A DNA stretch of 64,000 nt from Isurus oxyrinchus (lineage: Eukaryota). The notes below the pieces were generated by a model, which saw only the letters and a program-made list of their open reading frames with translations, did no database searches and had not been told where the DNA came from. The translations under genes and the position numbers were made by a program. This document shows, in pieces, positions 47,976 through 59,799 of the stretch (positions are counted from its first letter, which is position 1; every line of letters starts with the position of its first letter). The stretch spans positions 1,922,001-1,986,000 of the forward strand of contig JANJGN010000065.1 in the NCBI GenBank assembly GCA_026770705.1, in the 5' to 3' direction.

Positions 47976-49149
47976 CTTTTCCCCTGTACACGTGTAATTG
48001 GCCACTCTACCTACCTGTGGGAATTCAGTAGAACTATTCATAGATGCAAAAAATAAATTAATAAATAGATCGGTGAAATGTTTTTAAAAAGGCAGTCGGC
48101 CATTTCACCTGTCTTGCCAATGCCAGTTGCCAGCAACAGCAGTTCAGCAAAACTCACTCCCTTGTTTCCTCATCTTTATTTGGCGTAATGTATCTTCCGT
48201 CTATATTCCGTTCGCTTCCGCTTGAATCGCTACGAAGGTCGGACAGCTAATGGGGGAAAATAATCCCCTTTAACCTCGACTGCACTCTCTTCAAGTTTCT
48301 CAAAATTAAATTGTGGGACCTAGAACTGGAGGCAAAGGACAGGATTTGAAATATTTGTCCATCTCTCACGGAATGTGAGTTGTATAGCTTTCCTAGTTCA
48401 ACACTTCATTCGATAGGTTGATGATGATTCTTTTTGTAACAATTCCTTCTGTAAGGATGATCTTGACAGAGTCAACAATTTTGCTTCTATTTTCTAACCA
48501 CCCCACGCCTGCAAACGGGCCACCTGTGAACCTACCTTTATTTTGATTACTTTTCCATCTGAATTTCAGGGATTATTCTCAGCATTAATATTTTCTATGA
48601 ACTACGATATCAGAATGTTAAATTGCGAACTGTTCGTTTGAACCCATTTCCAGTAAACAAGGCACAATTCTCTCTTCGCCTTTGCAAATGTTCAGATGTC
48701 ACTGCCCATAACAAATCTTCAGATGTGCCTTCCTTTAAAATCAGCATTACTTAACCCATATTTTAATTGTCTGATGCCTCGGTAAAGACTGTTCCCTTTC
48801 CCAAATTTCTCCCCTCACTGTCTTCCCCTCCTTTTCAGCAGAAAGATACTTTTCCCCTTATTCTCACCTTCTATCCCAACCATCTCCACTTTCTGCACTT
48901 TATCGTCCACAATTTCCACCATGTCCACTTAGATCACTAATAACATCTTCCCCCACCCCTGCCAGATGTTCCATGTTTGTTCGTTATTTCCTCCACATGA
49001 AACATCTCATTTGCTTTCTCCCAAGCCTCTCCATATGCAAGAGTAGGGGATGCAATAGCTGCCCCATATACCTAACGCCTTATATCGTGCTCCTGACCCT
49101 TTTTGGCAAAGAGGTCCTCCTACACAACGCCTTCCAAAATCTCTTTTTA

Positions 49150-49990
49150 TTTAAGTAATACCCTGCTTTGATATCCTTGTGAACAAAATGGAAATCCTGA
49201 CATTTTCCCACTTTGTACAGTACATGCCAAAATTGTACAGTGCGTGTCAAAGTCTTCAGCTAACATCTCTAAACTACTTTCCAGGTTTGTTTGTATATTC
49301 CTAGCAATTTTATTTCCCAGCTCTCTTGGCATGGTTAGAAATTTTGTGTACAGCTTACTGGCCGTTTCATAGAACAAATTTGGAGAGTTTGGAAATAGGT
49401 CAGGCTGCACGATTGAGCCGTATGCCACTCCACTAGTTACCGAGTGTCAGGCTGAAAATGAAGCATTTATCCTGACTCACTTTAGTTTTGTTTACCATTC
49501 CCCCATATATAATAATGCGTTCTCCCCGACTCCATGAATGCTTTGTGGTAAGATTTTGTATTACACAGCATCAGATCGTTTTCTTTCTGTAAACCAAATA
49601 AAGTAGATCTACTGCTGCCACGTGTATCCACCCTGCTGCATACAACTGAAAATATAAGAATAAATTTGTCTAGGACTATTTTTCCTTCAAAAAATCATGT
49701 TCACTCTTTTTGTACTATAATTTCCGAAATTAACCGCTGCTCCATCATTAATCATGGATTCCAGTGTTTTCCCGGTGAGAGAGGTTTGGCTCACTGCTCT
49801 AGAATTTGTGGCTTTCGTCCACTACTCTATGCAAGAGAAGTGTTACATTCAGCATGTTACAACCCAGTGTGACGTTTCCAGATTTTGGAATTTCAGAATA
49901 TTTGAAGCAACCAATCATTTATTTCTGTAGCCACTATTCTGAAAACATTGGGTTGCATAGCATCAGATTAAAAACATTGGTTGCCATTTT
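49150..49990 (-). mobile_element. Old CR1 LINE RT fragment
   Basis: Reverse-strand CR1 motifs (ccactccactagttac, aagtagatctactgc, aaaaaatcatgttcactc). Confidence 0.5.
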
Positions 49991-51599
49991 TACTGTTATG
50001 TTTCTACGTATTTTGTCCTCTAGATTTAAATATTTCTACAAGTTAGACCCTTCCTTCTTCCCAATGATTTCCTATTTTTTTTTAATTTTATTTTTCTTGT
50101 CTTTCATGTAGGAATATTCTAAGGGTCAATGGGTGGAATTTCCTTGTCTCTGTTTGGCGGGCGTCATGGCGGGCGTGAATGGGCAACATAGCGGGAAGGC
50201 CAAACGTAGGAGTTGCACTTTCGTGAAAAAACAGTTTTTGAATAGCCTCTGCAACAGGTAATGACGGGCTTCACTTCCCGCAATCGAATGTAAGAAACAA
50301 AATGTGGAATTTTATTCCAGCAGGATGCTACAGTCAGCCGTAGCCACTGAAGTCTAGAATGGCTCCCCGCATTTGCACCGCCTTCCCAGCCATGAAGGGG
50401 CCGTAAATTTTGGTATTTTAATACTGTGCCGGGGGCTGGAATCATCCGTCCATGTTAATTCTACCTCCCACATCAATGTGACTTCAGAATGTCATGATAT
50501 ACGATTATCTTTACAGGCGTGCATCTGGCGACTTGAAGTTTTAGAGTCCTCGAAGGTAAGTGCACGCAACCTTGTGCAGTACTCAGAAGCCTCGCCCGTA
50601 GGGCATTTAGGAAGAGGCAATGCACACTCTGTTGGAGTCCCGGGGAGGGCATGTGTGGTGGGGAGGGAACCTGCAAGTCACTGATACCCAGCTGGCTTTT
50701 AGTGCAGTGCTGTGGCACGGGATCCGGTGTAGGTGGGCTGATAGGTGGGGAGCAAGATAGCAAAGACGGATGGATGCTCGCAGCCACAGGCCAGGTGTCA
50801 AAAATCTTGTCAAAATTGAGTTTTGCTGCACAGGTGGGATGGTTCAGCAGCAACTTCATTGATATGTTTGGAGTCAGGTTCTGAAACATGTCTGCTCACT
50901 CAAACAACGGAAAAGCATGAATGTGCCACCAAATTGTCTAGAGCCTCTCATCTGTCGAGCGCGCATTGCAAATTAATCAGCGTTTTAGGATGCTGCAACT
51001 GGACGACTGGGCAATTCGTTCACGCCCCTTGTGAAATGCGGCCACCTCACTTAGAGTCCTTGATATGTGGTTATTCAGATTTAGAACAGTTCCCTTCATG
51101 GTTTAATTGAGCAAAATAGCCTTGCTGTGTGTGTTAGGTGGATGCCCGCCTTGAGCTGAGAGTGCAGCATGAATTCCAGAAGACAAACTGCTGCAATAGG
51201 TCAAGGGAGCTGGGAATGAAAGAGGCGGTGTTTTGAACAATCATGAAGTGCACTGGCTTTTGCGGGGGTTCCCTCGCACTTGCTGGCAAGCGCCAAGTGG
51301 CCTTTTGTCTTCACCAAGAGATTTACTTTGGACCATATGCTAACCCAACCGTCTCTCTTTCTGATCCTGCAGGAGCAGACATCAGGATCGTGCAGCCGCT
51401 TGAGCTACTACTGTGTTTCATTGCTTACAGGGAGCAGAGAACAAAGGAAAGAGTGCCTGGCTCACAAATGAGTTGAAAGCTAACCTCACAATGAAGGTGT
51501 GGCAGGGCATCCTGCACATTCAGCTAAAGATCCACAGTGGGCCGTCGCTCTTAGGTGCCTCACTAGACCCAGGGCCCATAGATGGCCCCTGCCTTTTCT

Positions 51600-52580
51600 G
51601 CATATGGCTAAGAACCAGTGTTGCCATAGAGTGCAGATTTCTAGGGGATTGTCGGTCACATAACTCATCTACTGCACGATATAGAGCCATGGGGACATGG
51701 AGGACATCTACTGTCAGTGACCAGGAACGTGATGTAACACACAATTGGTTCCCCAGGTGACCTGTGCGGGATCTCACAAGCCTTCTCTCACAGGGCCTTT
51801 CATGAGATCGTGGACCTCTTCTTCTGAAGGCCCAGAACTTATTGCATTTTGACCGGGGTCAGGCAAGACAGGAAGTTTTCATTTAGAGCGCTAGGTCTTC
51901 CAGCAACCTCTGATTTTCTACAGTTGCATGGTGCCATCGCGCGCACTCATGTGGTGCCTATCTCTCTGTGGCAACAAACATCCAACGACATCAACCACAA
52001 GGGCCCCCAGTTAGTGTACACACAGCTGGTCTGCAACCTCAACAAGTGTATCCTCCAGCTCCCCAAATGATTCCCACAGCGTGTTCATAAACAAAAAATT
52101 ATTTGCCGGCCGCACATCCCAACATCCTCAAGTGTCTTGAGAGGCTGCAGTGCTGGATCCTCGGGGACAAGGGCGACCCACGTGGCTGACCAAGCTCGTG
52201 TGCCAGCCTCAAGCTACAACAGCGACATAGTATAATGAGGCTTTGCCATAAATCAGACGTTGGTGGAACAAACAATAGACATAAGGACATTGAGGGTCTG
52301 GTATCTCTGCAAGCTGTGTGGCATGTAATACAGCTCCCAGAGGGTGTCGCATCATCACAGCTGATTGGCGCTGCACAACCTGGTGCTGCACTGGGCAGAA
52401 GACCTGCATGTGGAGGAGATGAACGAGCTGCACGTCTCCTTCACGAGGAGGGCGTCGAAAGGGATGAGAGTGATGAGTTCCCGAAGCCGACGTTGACAGC
52501 ACTGAGGCCATAGCACTGGCCAGGCAAGGCAGACAATTTGATGAGGCTTCAATGGCCACCTGTTTCGTGAAGAATGATGA
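51600..52580 (+). pseudogene. Harbinger transposase (HARBI1-like DDE) remnant
   Basis: LQLHGAIARTHV (GAIDCTHV), INHKG..TQLVCNLNKCILQL, WILGDKG, YNEAL...VEQTI, ALHNLVL. Confidence 0.75.
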
Positions 52581-54399
52581 CGAGATGCAGGGAGGTCAGT
52601 GCTGGTATCTGGCTTGAAACATAGCCGGCAAAGGCAATTTCTGATAGGTGATGGAAAAACAAATCCTTGCATCGGTTCAAGTTTGGCACCAGGCTGATGG
52701 CAACGCACATTCAATCAGTGTTCAGGGACTTGCCTTGGAGTGCCACTGGAGGCCACAATTATTAGTTAGTTTTCAGGAGGATCATGAAAACATGCCATGA
52801 GGAGACTCCACATCTTTTCACATTTCTTCAGTAGACGTCTGACTCCTGTCTGGCCGAGGGCAGATTGCTTACATTCTGTGATCAGTCTCATATCATGTGT
52901 GTTCAGCGGTGCTACTCTAACAGCACCTGATCCTTTGGCAGCCAATATCACACTTTTTCGTCAGAACTGCACCGTCACCGGACGCTGATGCTGAAGAGAT
53001 TGGAGGCCAAACCCACCTCAAAGGCTCTGACAGCACACAGGGATAATGATGAAACTCTGTGATTCCTGCCGATGACATTCTGACTACAATAACATATATG
53101 ATCGATGTGCAGCTGTCACGAATGTGTCAATTGAGTGTGAAGCCGGATGATTAGTTGATCTGAAGAGACTGCACAGGGAAGAGGCTGAGGAGTAAGACAC
53201 TTCCCTTTATCTTCAGGAACCAGGTTTGCACATCTGAATGCCAAAACACTGTTCATCCCAACGTGCAGCAAGAGAATTAGACATTCTTGAGACTTTATTT
53301 ACAATACCAAACATTATGTACACCGATGCCCACATGGTGCTACAACATATTCTTTACAATCATAACCCTGTTGCTATGTCTTGGTGCTCCCCCGATGTGC
53401 ACATTGGAGGTGTGGGCAGTCTGCTGACTGCTACATCCAATTGCCTGTGATGCCTTTGGCGGGCATCTTCTGGAGGACCTAGACCAGGAGGGATTTCACG
53501 AGCTGCTTTGTGCACTCTGATGTGAAAAAATTAACCCTTTTCAGTCTTTTGAGCTGGAGATGTTGGTGACACCAGAAGAGGGGCTTTCGATGGGATGGGC
53601 ATTGCCAGAAACCTGTTGAGTGGCCTAGGATATGCAGCTGTTGGTCATCTTCCTTAAGGGTGTCCATCAGCCTCTGGCTGACTATTGAGGAGAAGGGGAA
53701 TCTGGAGTGAAATTGATTTGCCCCCCACCCCTCTTGCATTGAGAAAGGTTAAAGCCAACTGTGTCATCAGCGATGGAGTTCGGCCCGGGCAGCAAAGCAG
53801 GAACAATGCTTAGGCGACCGTCACCCTGCTAGTGTTTACCCCGATGCGTTCGCATGCCGGTGCTTTCATCTCAGGCTGAAGCCAGACAAAGTCTTATATC
53901 ACATTTTGTATCAGGAATCACTTCATGATGTTCCTGTGATTGACTTTGAAGCTCCAACAACTCATTGATGACTGAGTCAAAAGTCTCATCAACTGATTTA
54001 TACTCAACAATGTCCTTCCCTCCACTAGATCATTAAGTGCCAGCGATATCGGATGTCCCTGTCTCTGCCTTTAGTGGAATAGATTGTGTTCTGTGCTCAC
54101 CAGATTTAGAGCTCGACATCTAGGTCCCAGAGAGGTGTGTGTCACTGTGCTTTTAGAAATAGTGGTAGGGCGCTGTGACGGATCTTCAAAGGTGCTGCCC
54201 TCAGAGTCCTCATCATAGGTACTTTCTGTGCTTGGGTCAGCGTTAAGTTTGCTTGACAGCGACGTTAGAGGATGCGTCTAGGACAGTAACTGAAGATAAT
54301 TAGTTCCGGCACTCGCATTACGTGAGAAACAGTGGACTCAGTGTACCGTTGACAGCCGGATGATCTGGTGCGATATCCTTCTGTGGATTCTTGCCCGTG

Positions 54400-55377
54400 A
54401 TGTGAATTTCGCTGCAGGGACACTTCCCTTCTATTCTGGCTACCTCCACCATGGAAATCTCGAATAGAGTGAATAGCTCGATGACTGGGAATCCACCAGA
54501 AGTCTAGTACTCCGCCCATAGATTATCCGTGATCTTGCTCTGAATAAACAACGATGGGGAGATTGTAAGCAAGCCACTTGCCAGGCCAAATGGGAATGAT
54601 GCCAGGCATGTGTGTGTGCTAAGTGAAGCCATGGGCGACATGGGTTTGGGGGGTGGGGGGTTGGGTGTGGAAATATCTGGAGGAGATGAAGACAGATGGT
54701 GATCTGTGGGCGTGTGTGGGTGAGCGATGATGTCCCTTGAGCTGGCTGAGAGGACTGATGGATTTTTTTAGGGCATTTTTAAATTATTCGTTCTTGAGTA
54801 GTGGGAATCATGCGGCAGACCTAATCCTTGATCATGGAGCTTTTAAGAGTGAATCATATTGCTGTGGCTCTGAAGTAAAATGCACGCCAAACCAGATAAG
54901 GAAAGCAATTATCCTTCCCGAAAGGCAATTAGTGAATCACATGAGTTTTTAAGACAAACGAGAATGGTTTCATGCTCATCATCAAACCGTTTTGGTCCAG
55001 ATTTTTTATTGAATTCCAATTTCAGCATCTGCGTTTTTGAGATTCCAACCCAGAGTCCCAGAGTAATCCACTGGGTGTTCAGAATAACAGTCCAGTGAAA
55101 ATATCACCATGATATCATGATGAGATGGTTGAATTACCATTCTGGCAGGGGTGAGATAATTTATAATTTTTCTGCACTGGATGTCCGACCTGTTGTGTGC
55201 ACTGCTGGCGCCGACTGCCGCTGCCATGAGCTCCCAAACCGGGGTGGTGAAACTGATGCGCAGTCTATGGGCAGAACAGCGTAGAGGACATCATGCTTGC
55301 CTGGTGATGTCCTAAAAGCGTCTCAGGGATGCGTCATTGAATCCCAGAGTTGCACTCTGCTTTGCTTTTGTCGCCAT
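54400..55377 (-). pseudogene. Myb/SANT-like DNA-binding gene of the Harbinger element (exon remnants)
   Basis: ATG at 55377: MATKAKQSATLGFNDASLRRF*...WELMAAAVGASSAHNRSDIQCRKIINYL. A second exon remnant at about 54420-54540 contains TSGG. A SINE is inserted at 54920-55120. Confidence 0.65.
54920..55120 (-). mobile_element. tRNA-derived SINE (HE1-like) nested in the Harbinger element
   Basis: Collinear with 5830-6096 (ggcaattagtgaatcac, aatggtttcatg, ccagatttttattgaattc, gagattccaacccagagtcccagag). Confidence 0.65.
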
Positions 55378-56399
55378 GTCTTCAGTGAAGCCGTCCTGAG
55401 CTGCAAACATTCAGAACTGTGCGGATAACAGCAATTTAAGTATGGTGCATGGAGTAATAAAGTATCAAGGTAGCCATGCTGGGCATAGGGGAGGCGGCCA
55501 TCAGCAGCCACGCGTGAGTGAATTATTAATGGGGCGGTTGCACCGGTAAAGTGGGGCAAAAATCCATCATTGTGGCCGAGGGGTAATTCTCGTTTGTTAT
55601 TAATACCCACGGCTGAATTTAAAGCAACTCTACAATGATTCCACACACTCCCTAAACACTTTGCAGATGTAATTAAATACAGGCAAATGAAAATGTTTAA
55701 TTTTACTCGCAAAAAACTCAGTGAGACGATAAATGGTGCATATTTGAAAGCTGTCCCCGAGCAGAGTATTGAGCCTGTGTATCTATATTTATCATAGATT
55801 ACGGAAAGACACTTTGAGAGCGTGGTTAATGAAGTATAAAACATCCTCGGCTTCCTTCATGGTGGAATAGTGTATTAAACCAAAGCCTTTATGTTGAACT
55901 TTTTCAACTGAATATAACATAAACAGGACGATCTGGATAAGCATAACATGTCTACAAAGATGTGCGGAGAGAGAAACGAAGTTAACGTTTTGAGAACTGT
56001 ACAGAAGTGGAAATTTGACGGTTTATGCTGTTAAGAAGGTTAACCAGAACGGTCTGAGGGCGTGCCACTTCTTCCTTGAACGGAGGCCAGAACAGTCTAC
56101 ATCCACCAGCAATCCCCTCCATCTGGCTGAACTTGTTCTCTCATTGGAAAGTTTCTAATTAAACGTGTCACACTTCTTCCAAGTAAAAGGCATGGTTTTG
56201 GGTAACTGCATGGCCCCTAGTTATGCCTGACTTTCAATGGGGAATATAAAACCTTCTTTGTTCCAATTCTACCCTGTCCAACTCCCATAAAGCTTTTAGC
56301 TTCTTTTCTCGTTCATCTAAGAATGTACCTGCGCCAATGCCTGTTCTTGTGCAGAAATGTTTTTTTTTTATTATTTCCTTTAACATTACTTCCAATTTA

Positions 56400-57560
56400 A
56401 ACCCTTATCGCAGCTTCGCTTGTCAATCAATGTCGTACAGCTTTGAATTCCATTTCCGGGGATGGATTGCTGCTGTCAATAACCAAAAAAAGAACTCAGA
56501 ATCTGGAATAGCTTCACGGGTCAGTAAATGCATTGAGATTCTTAGAGTTTCGCAGACTATGACATGGGGCTTTTCAGCAACCTCATAAATCTGACCCGAT
56601 CCATTTTCTCATCATGCAAGATTGTTGCTGATCAAAGTCGCATGCAAATCTCCCTGCCTTTGGCTACCCTGATCAGATAATTTTGTGATGTGTTACATAA
56701 ATTCGGGATGACGCTAAAACCGTCACTTTCCATCCTGAAATGTGGCCAGTCTACCCTAGATTACCCTAAAATGAAAAGGATTGAAAAGTTCTGAGCCACA
56801 AATGCTACTATGCAGCCGCAACACGAGTGATGTCGCTACTAAAAGGATGTTGCCTTGATGCCAAAAAGAGTTCTCCTTATCACACAAATAAATAACCTGG
56901 CATATGGGTTTCAATGCTAGTGTGATGCTGGGTATGTAGGGTGTATGCCTCAAAGGCAGGCGGCTCATGTGAAAGAGAATATCACAGCCATTGTTTGCAA
57001 TGGACAAGCTGCAGAACTTACTCAAATAGCCCATGCTTCCAAAACCCACAATGGAGTGCCCAATATTACATGTGATTCCGTGATTGGACAACAATTGCTA
57101 AATCTTCAGTGCGTGAAGAATTACACTGACAACCATTTAAAAACTTGTAGTCAGTGTCACAATGTGGCTCATTTGAATGTCCTGGAAGCTGCATATACAA
57201 GAAATAGGGCACTGTTTTATACAAATAGATGGAACATTTGCACACATTGCGCCTGTTTCAGCTAAAGAAAATGAGTTACAGCCATTTGCTGACTCATTCC
57301 TCGAGGCAAAGTTTTGAAGAATGAGGCTCAATCTCCCTACTTTATAGTTCAAACAATGCTAGGCAGTTAACTATCACTCACCATCACTGGTGCATTTCCA
57401 TGGCAACGGCTGCATCAAGCTGAGTGCATTTGCATACCAAGTCTTCACATACAGTATAAAACGCTGGTTTCCCCTGATATGTTCGTATTCCTATGAAGTG
57501 CACTGATGAGAGCAAGACCAAATGCATCAGCATTTCTACTTTTTTCCGCAATTCTGGAAT
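56400..57560 (+). mobile_element. Penelope-like element remnant (RT end, GIY-YIG endonuclease, pLTR with hammerhead-like core)
   Basis: CDAGYVGCMPQRQAAHVKEN...CDSVIGQQLL...VAHLNVLEAAY (GIY-YIG). CTGATGA...motif at about 57503-57530. Confidence 0.7.
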
Positions 57561-57929
57561 AAGTTAAAGGTAGAAAATTATTATTTGCACGCTTGCAAAG
57601 GACAGCTTCAGCAGAAAAAAAATCACTCACAAAAGATCAGTCACATCAGGCTTTTGATACAATAAGTTCAACAAAGAAAACGCTTAACTGGCTGCAGTTG
57701 ATAAAAGGCAAGTTACATCATGTTCAGCCTTCACAATATCAGCTCACTCTTTGAGCAACAACATCAAGTAAAAATTGCTAACCAGGAAAGATGAGCTGTC
57801 CAAGAAGTTCTGACGGCAATATACAGCAAGAGAAAGAGATTTCAAAGTACACCTCATCTTAATCACATTAACCCTTAAATCCCAACATCATTACAAAGCC
57901 AACCGACCCCAAAGTTAATTCGACTTCAC

Positions 57930-58545
57930 CTCCTCACTCCTTGACTGCTTTAAAGACCCGATTTCGTTCCCCCAGTTTCTCCATCTCCATCGCATCTGAT
58001 CTGATGTTGCCACCTTCCATAACGGCAAATCTGAAGATCTTCCTTTTTTCTTAGCCCTGGATGCATTCCTGACTGTGATAGGCAGGGAACTCAACTCTGA
58101 ATAATCTTGTTCCTGCTCCTCTGACCTCCTTCACATCTCCCCTTAGCTTTTGAAACAATTTTAGAATCCCCCTTGTCCTAGCATTGCATCTCACCAAGTT
58201 TCATACTCAAAGTATCATCCTCTTCCATAACCAACAACTCTAGCATGATGCAACCACAAAGCATCTTTTTACCTGCCTCCTGCCAGCATTCAAAAGATAT
58301 AGCATTCAATCAGGATACACATATCAACTTCTCTGTCAACCTCAAAATCTCACCTTCCCCCCATGAAATCGTAGGAGGATCAATAAATGCCACTTCAATT
58401 CCTCCTTACTCACTGCCCAAGGCTGCAAAGCACTAATTTGAGAGAATTAAACATTTAACAATACGTTTCTCCCCGCTCATAATGCCGTTGCTTCTACACA
58501 GGTGAGACCAAAGGCGGACTGGTTGTCTGTTTTGGGGGTAATTTA
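57930..58545 (+). mobile_element. Older Penelope-like RT-end/GIY-YIG fragment
   Basis: tgctttaaagacccgatttcgttcccccagtttctccatctccatcgcatctg and ctacacaggtgagaccaaaggcggact (YTGETK). Confidence 0.55.
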
Positions 58546-58799
58546 TGTCCTTACGTTGTCTGGCCTATATGAAACTCCTGATCCACAGCCATGTGGTTGG
58601 CTCTCGATTATTCTCTTAAACAGATTAGCAAGCCACTCAGTTCTCAAGGCAAAATTGGTATTGTGAATAAATGATGGCTAGCTATTGATGCCCATATGCC
58701 ATTAATGATGCAACTGAAAATTCCAGACGCCCAGATGCATGAATGCGAATATTCGGTCTCTTTCCCTTTCAATTAATGACCTTGCTCTCATAAGCAAGT

Positions 58800-59760
58800 T
58801 TCTTTCCTCCTACTCCTCAACTCCAACCTATGGCACCTCCCCATGCTCACGCAAAAGCTGCAACACCTGCCCATTCAATTCCTCTCTCCTCACAGTCCAA
58901 GGTCCAAACACTCCTTTCAAGTGAAACAGCATTTCACTTGCATTTCCCCTAACTTAGTGTACTGCATTCGTCGCTCCCAATGAGGTCTCCTGTACATTGG
59001 AGAGACCAAACGTAAACTGGGCAACCGCTTTGCAGAGCACCTGTGGTCTGTCTACAAGAAAGATCCAAAGCTCCCTGCCACTTGCCATTTTAACACTCCA
59101 CTCTGCTCTCTTGCCCACATCTCTTTCCTTCGCTGGCTGCATTGTTGCAGTGAAGCGCGACACAAACTGGAGGAACAGCACTTCATCTTCTGACTAGGCA
59201 CTTCACAGACGTCTGGACTGAATATTGAATTCACCAACTTTAGATCTTGAAATCCCTCCTTCATGCCCAGTCACATTACGATTCTTCCCCCTTCCTTTAG
59301 TTTTTTTCCAATAATTTATATAGATTTTTATTTTCCCACCTATTTCCAATATTATTAAATCTATACCTTTGATGTCCTGTGAGACTTTCCACCCCACCTC
59401 TCCTCGAGGTGTACAGGGTGTCCCGCCATCCATTCTTTATTAGCACATTCGTTTGGAAAATATCACCACTTCTCTTTGTTCTTTTGACTGCGACATCTTT
59501 TGATTATCTGCTCCTAATACTGCTTGTATGTCTTTCCAATCACCCCCCGCCCCCGCTTCTCTCCCCGCCACTCCCCCACCTTAAACCAGCTTATATTTTA
59601 CCCCTCTTTTATTTTTACTTAGTTCTGCTGAAGGGTCATGAGGACTTGAAACGTCAACTCTTTTTTTCTTAGCCGATGCTGCCAGACCTTCAGAGTTTTT
59701 CAAGGTATTCTGTTTCTTGTTTTGGATTTCCAGCATCCGCAGTTTTTTGTTTTTATTTCT
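58800..59760 (+). mobile_element. Penelope-like element 3' part (GIY-YIG plus pLTR with minimal hammerhead motif)
   Basis: NLVYCIRRSQ*GLLYIGETKRKLGNRFAEHL...RKLEEQHFIF*LGTSQ. The pLTR at about 59615-59760 contains AGTT CTGCTGA AGGGTCATGAGGACTT GAAA CGTC AACT. Confidence 0.85.
59621..59659 (+). ncRNA. Minimal type I hammerhead ribozyme motif (Penelope pLTR)
   Basis: Stem I AGTT/AACT; core CUGCUGA (CUGAUGA variant) plus extra A; stem II GGGUC/GACUU with loop AUGAG; GAAA; palindromic ACGU stem III; GUC cleavage triplet. Confidence 0.55.
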
Positions 59761-59799
59761 GACCTCGCATGCTCTAACGTTCCAGTAAAGCACAAAAGA

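Larger units (their letters stand above)
50131..55568. mobile_element. Degenerate Harbinger/PIF DNA transposon (transposase on +, Myb/SANT gene on -)
   Basis: Convergent two-gene architecture. Candidate ends gggtggaatttcc (50131) and ggcaaaaatccatc (about 55555-55568); the boundaries are approximate. Confidence 0.7.

Noticed and set aside
55323-55844. 173-aa minus-strand ORF
   Set aside because: Runs across a CR1 fragment and the Harbinger end; a chimeric chance frame.
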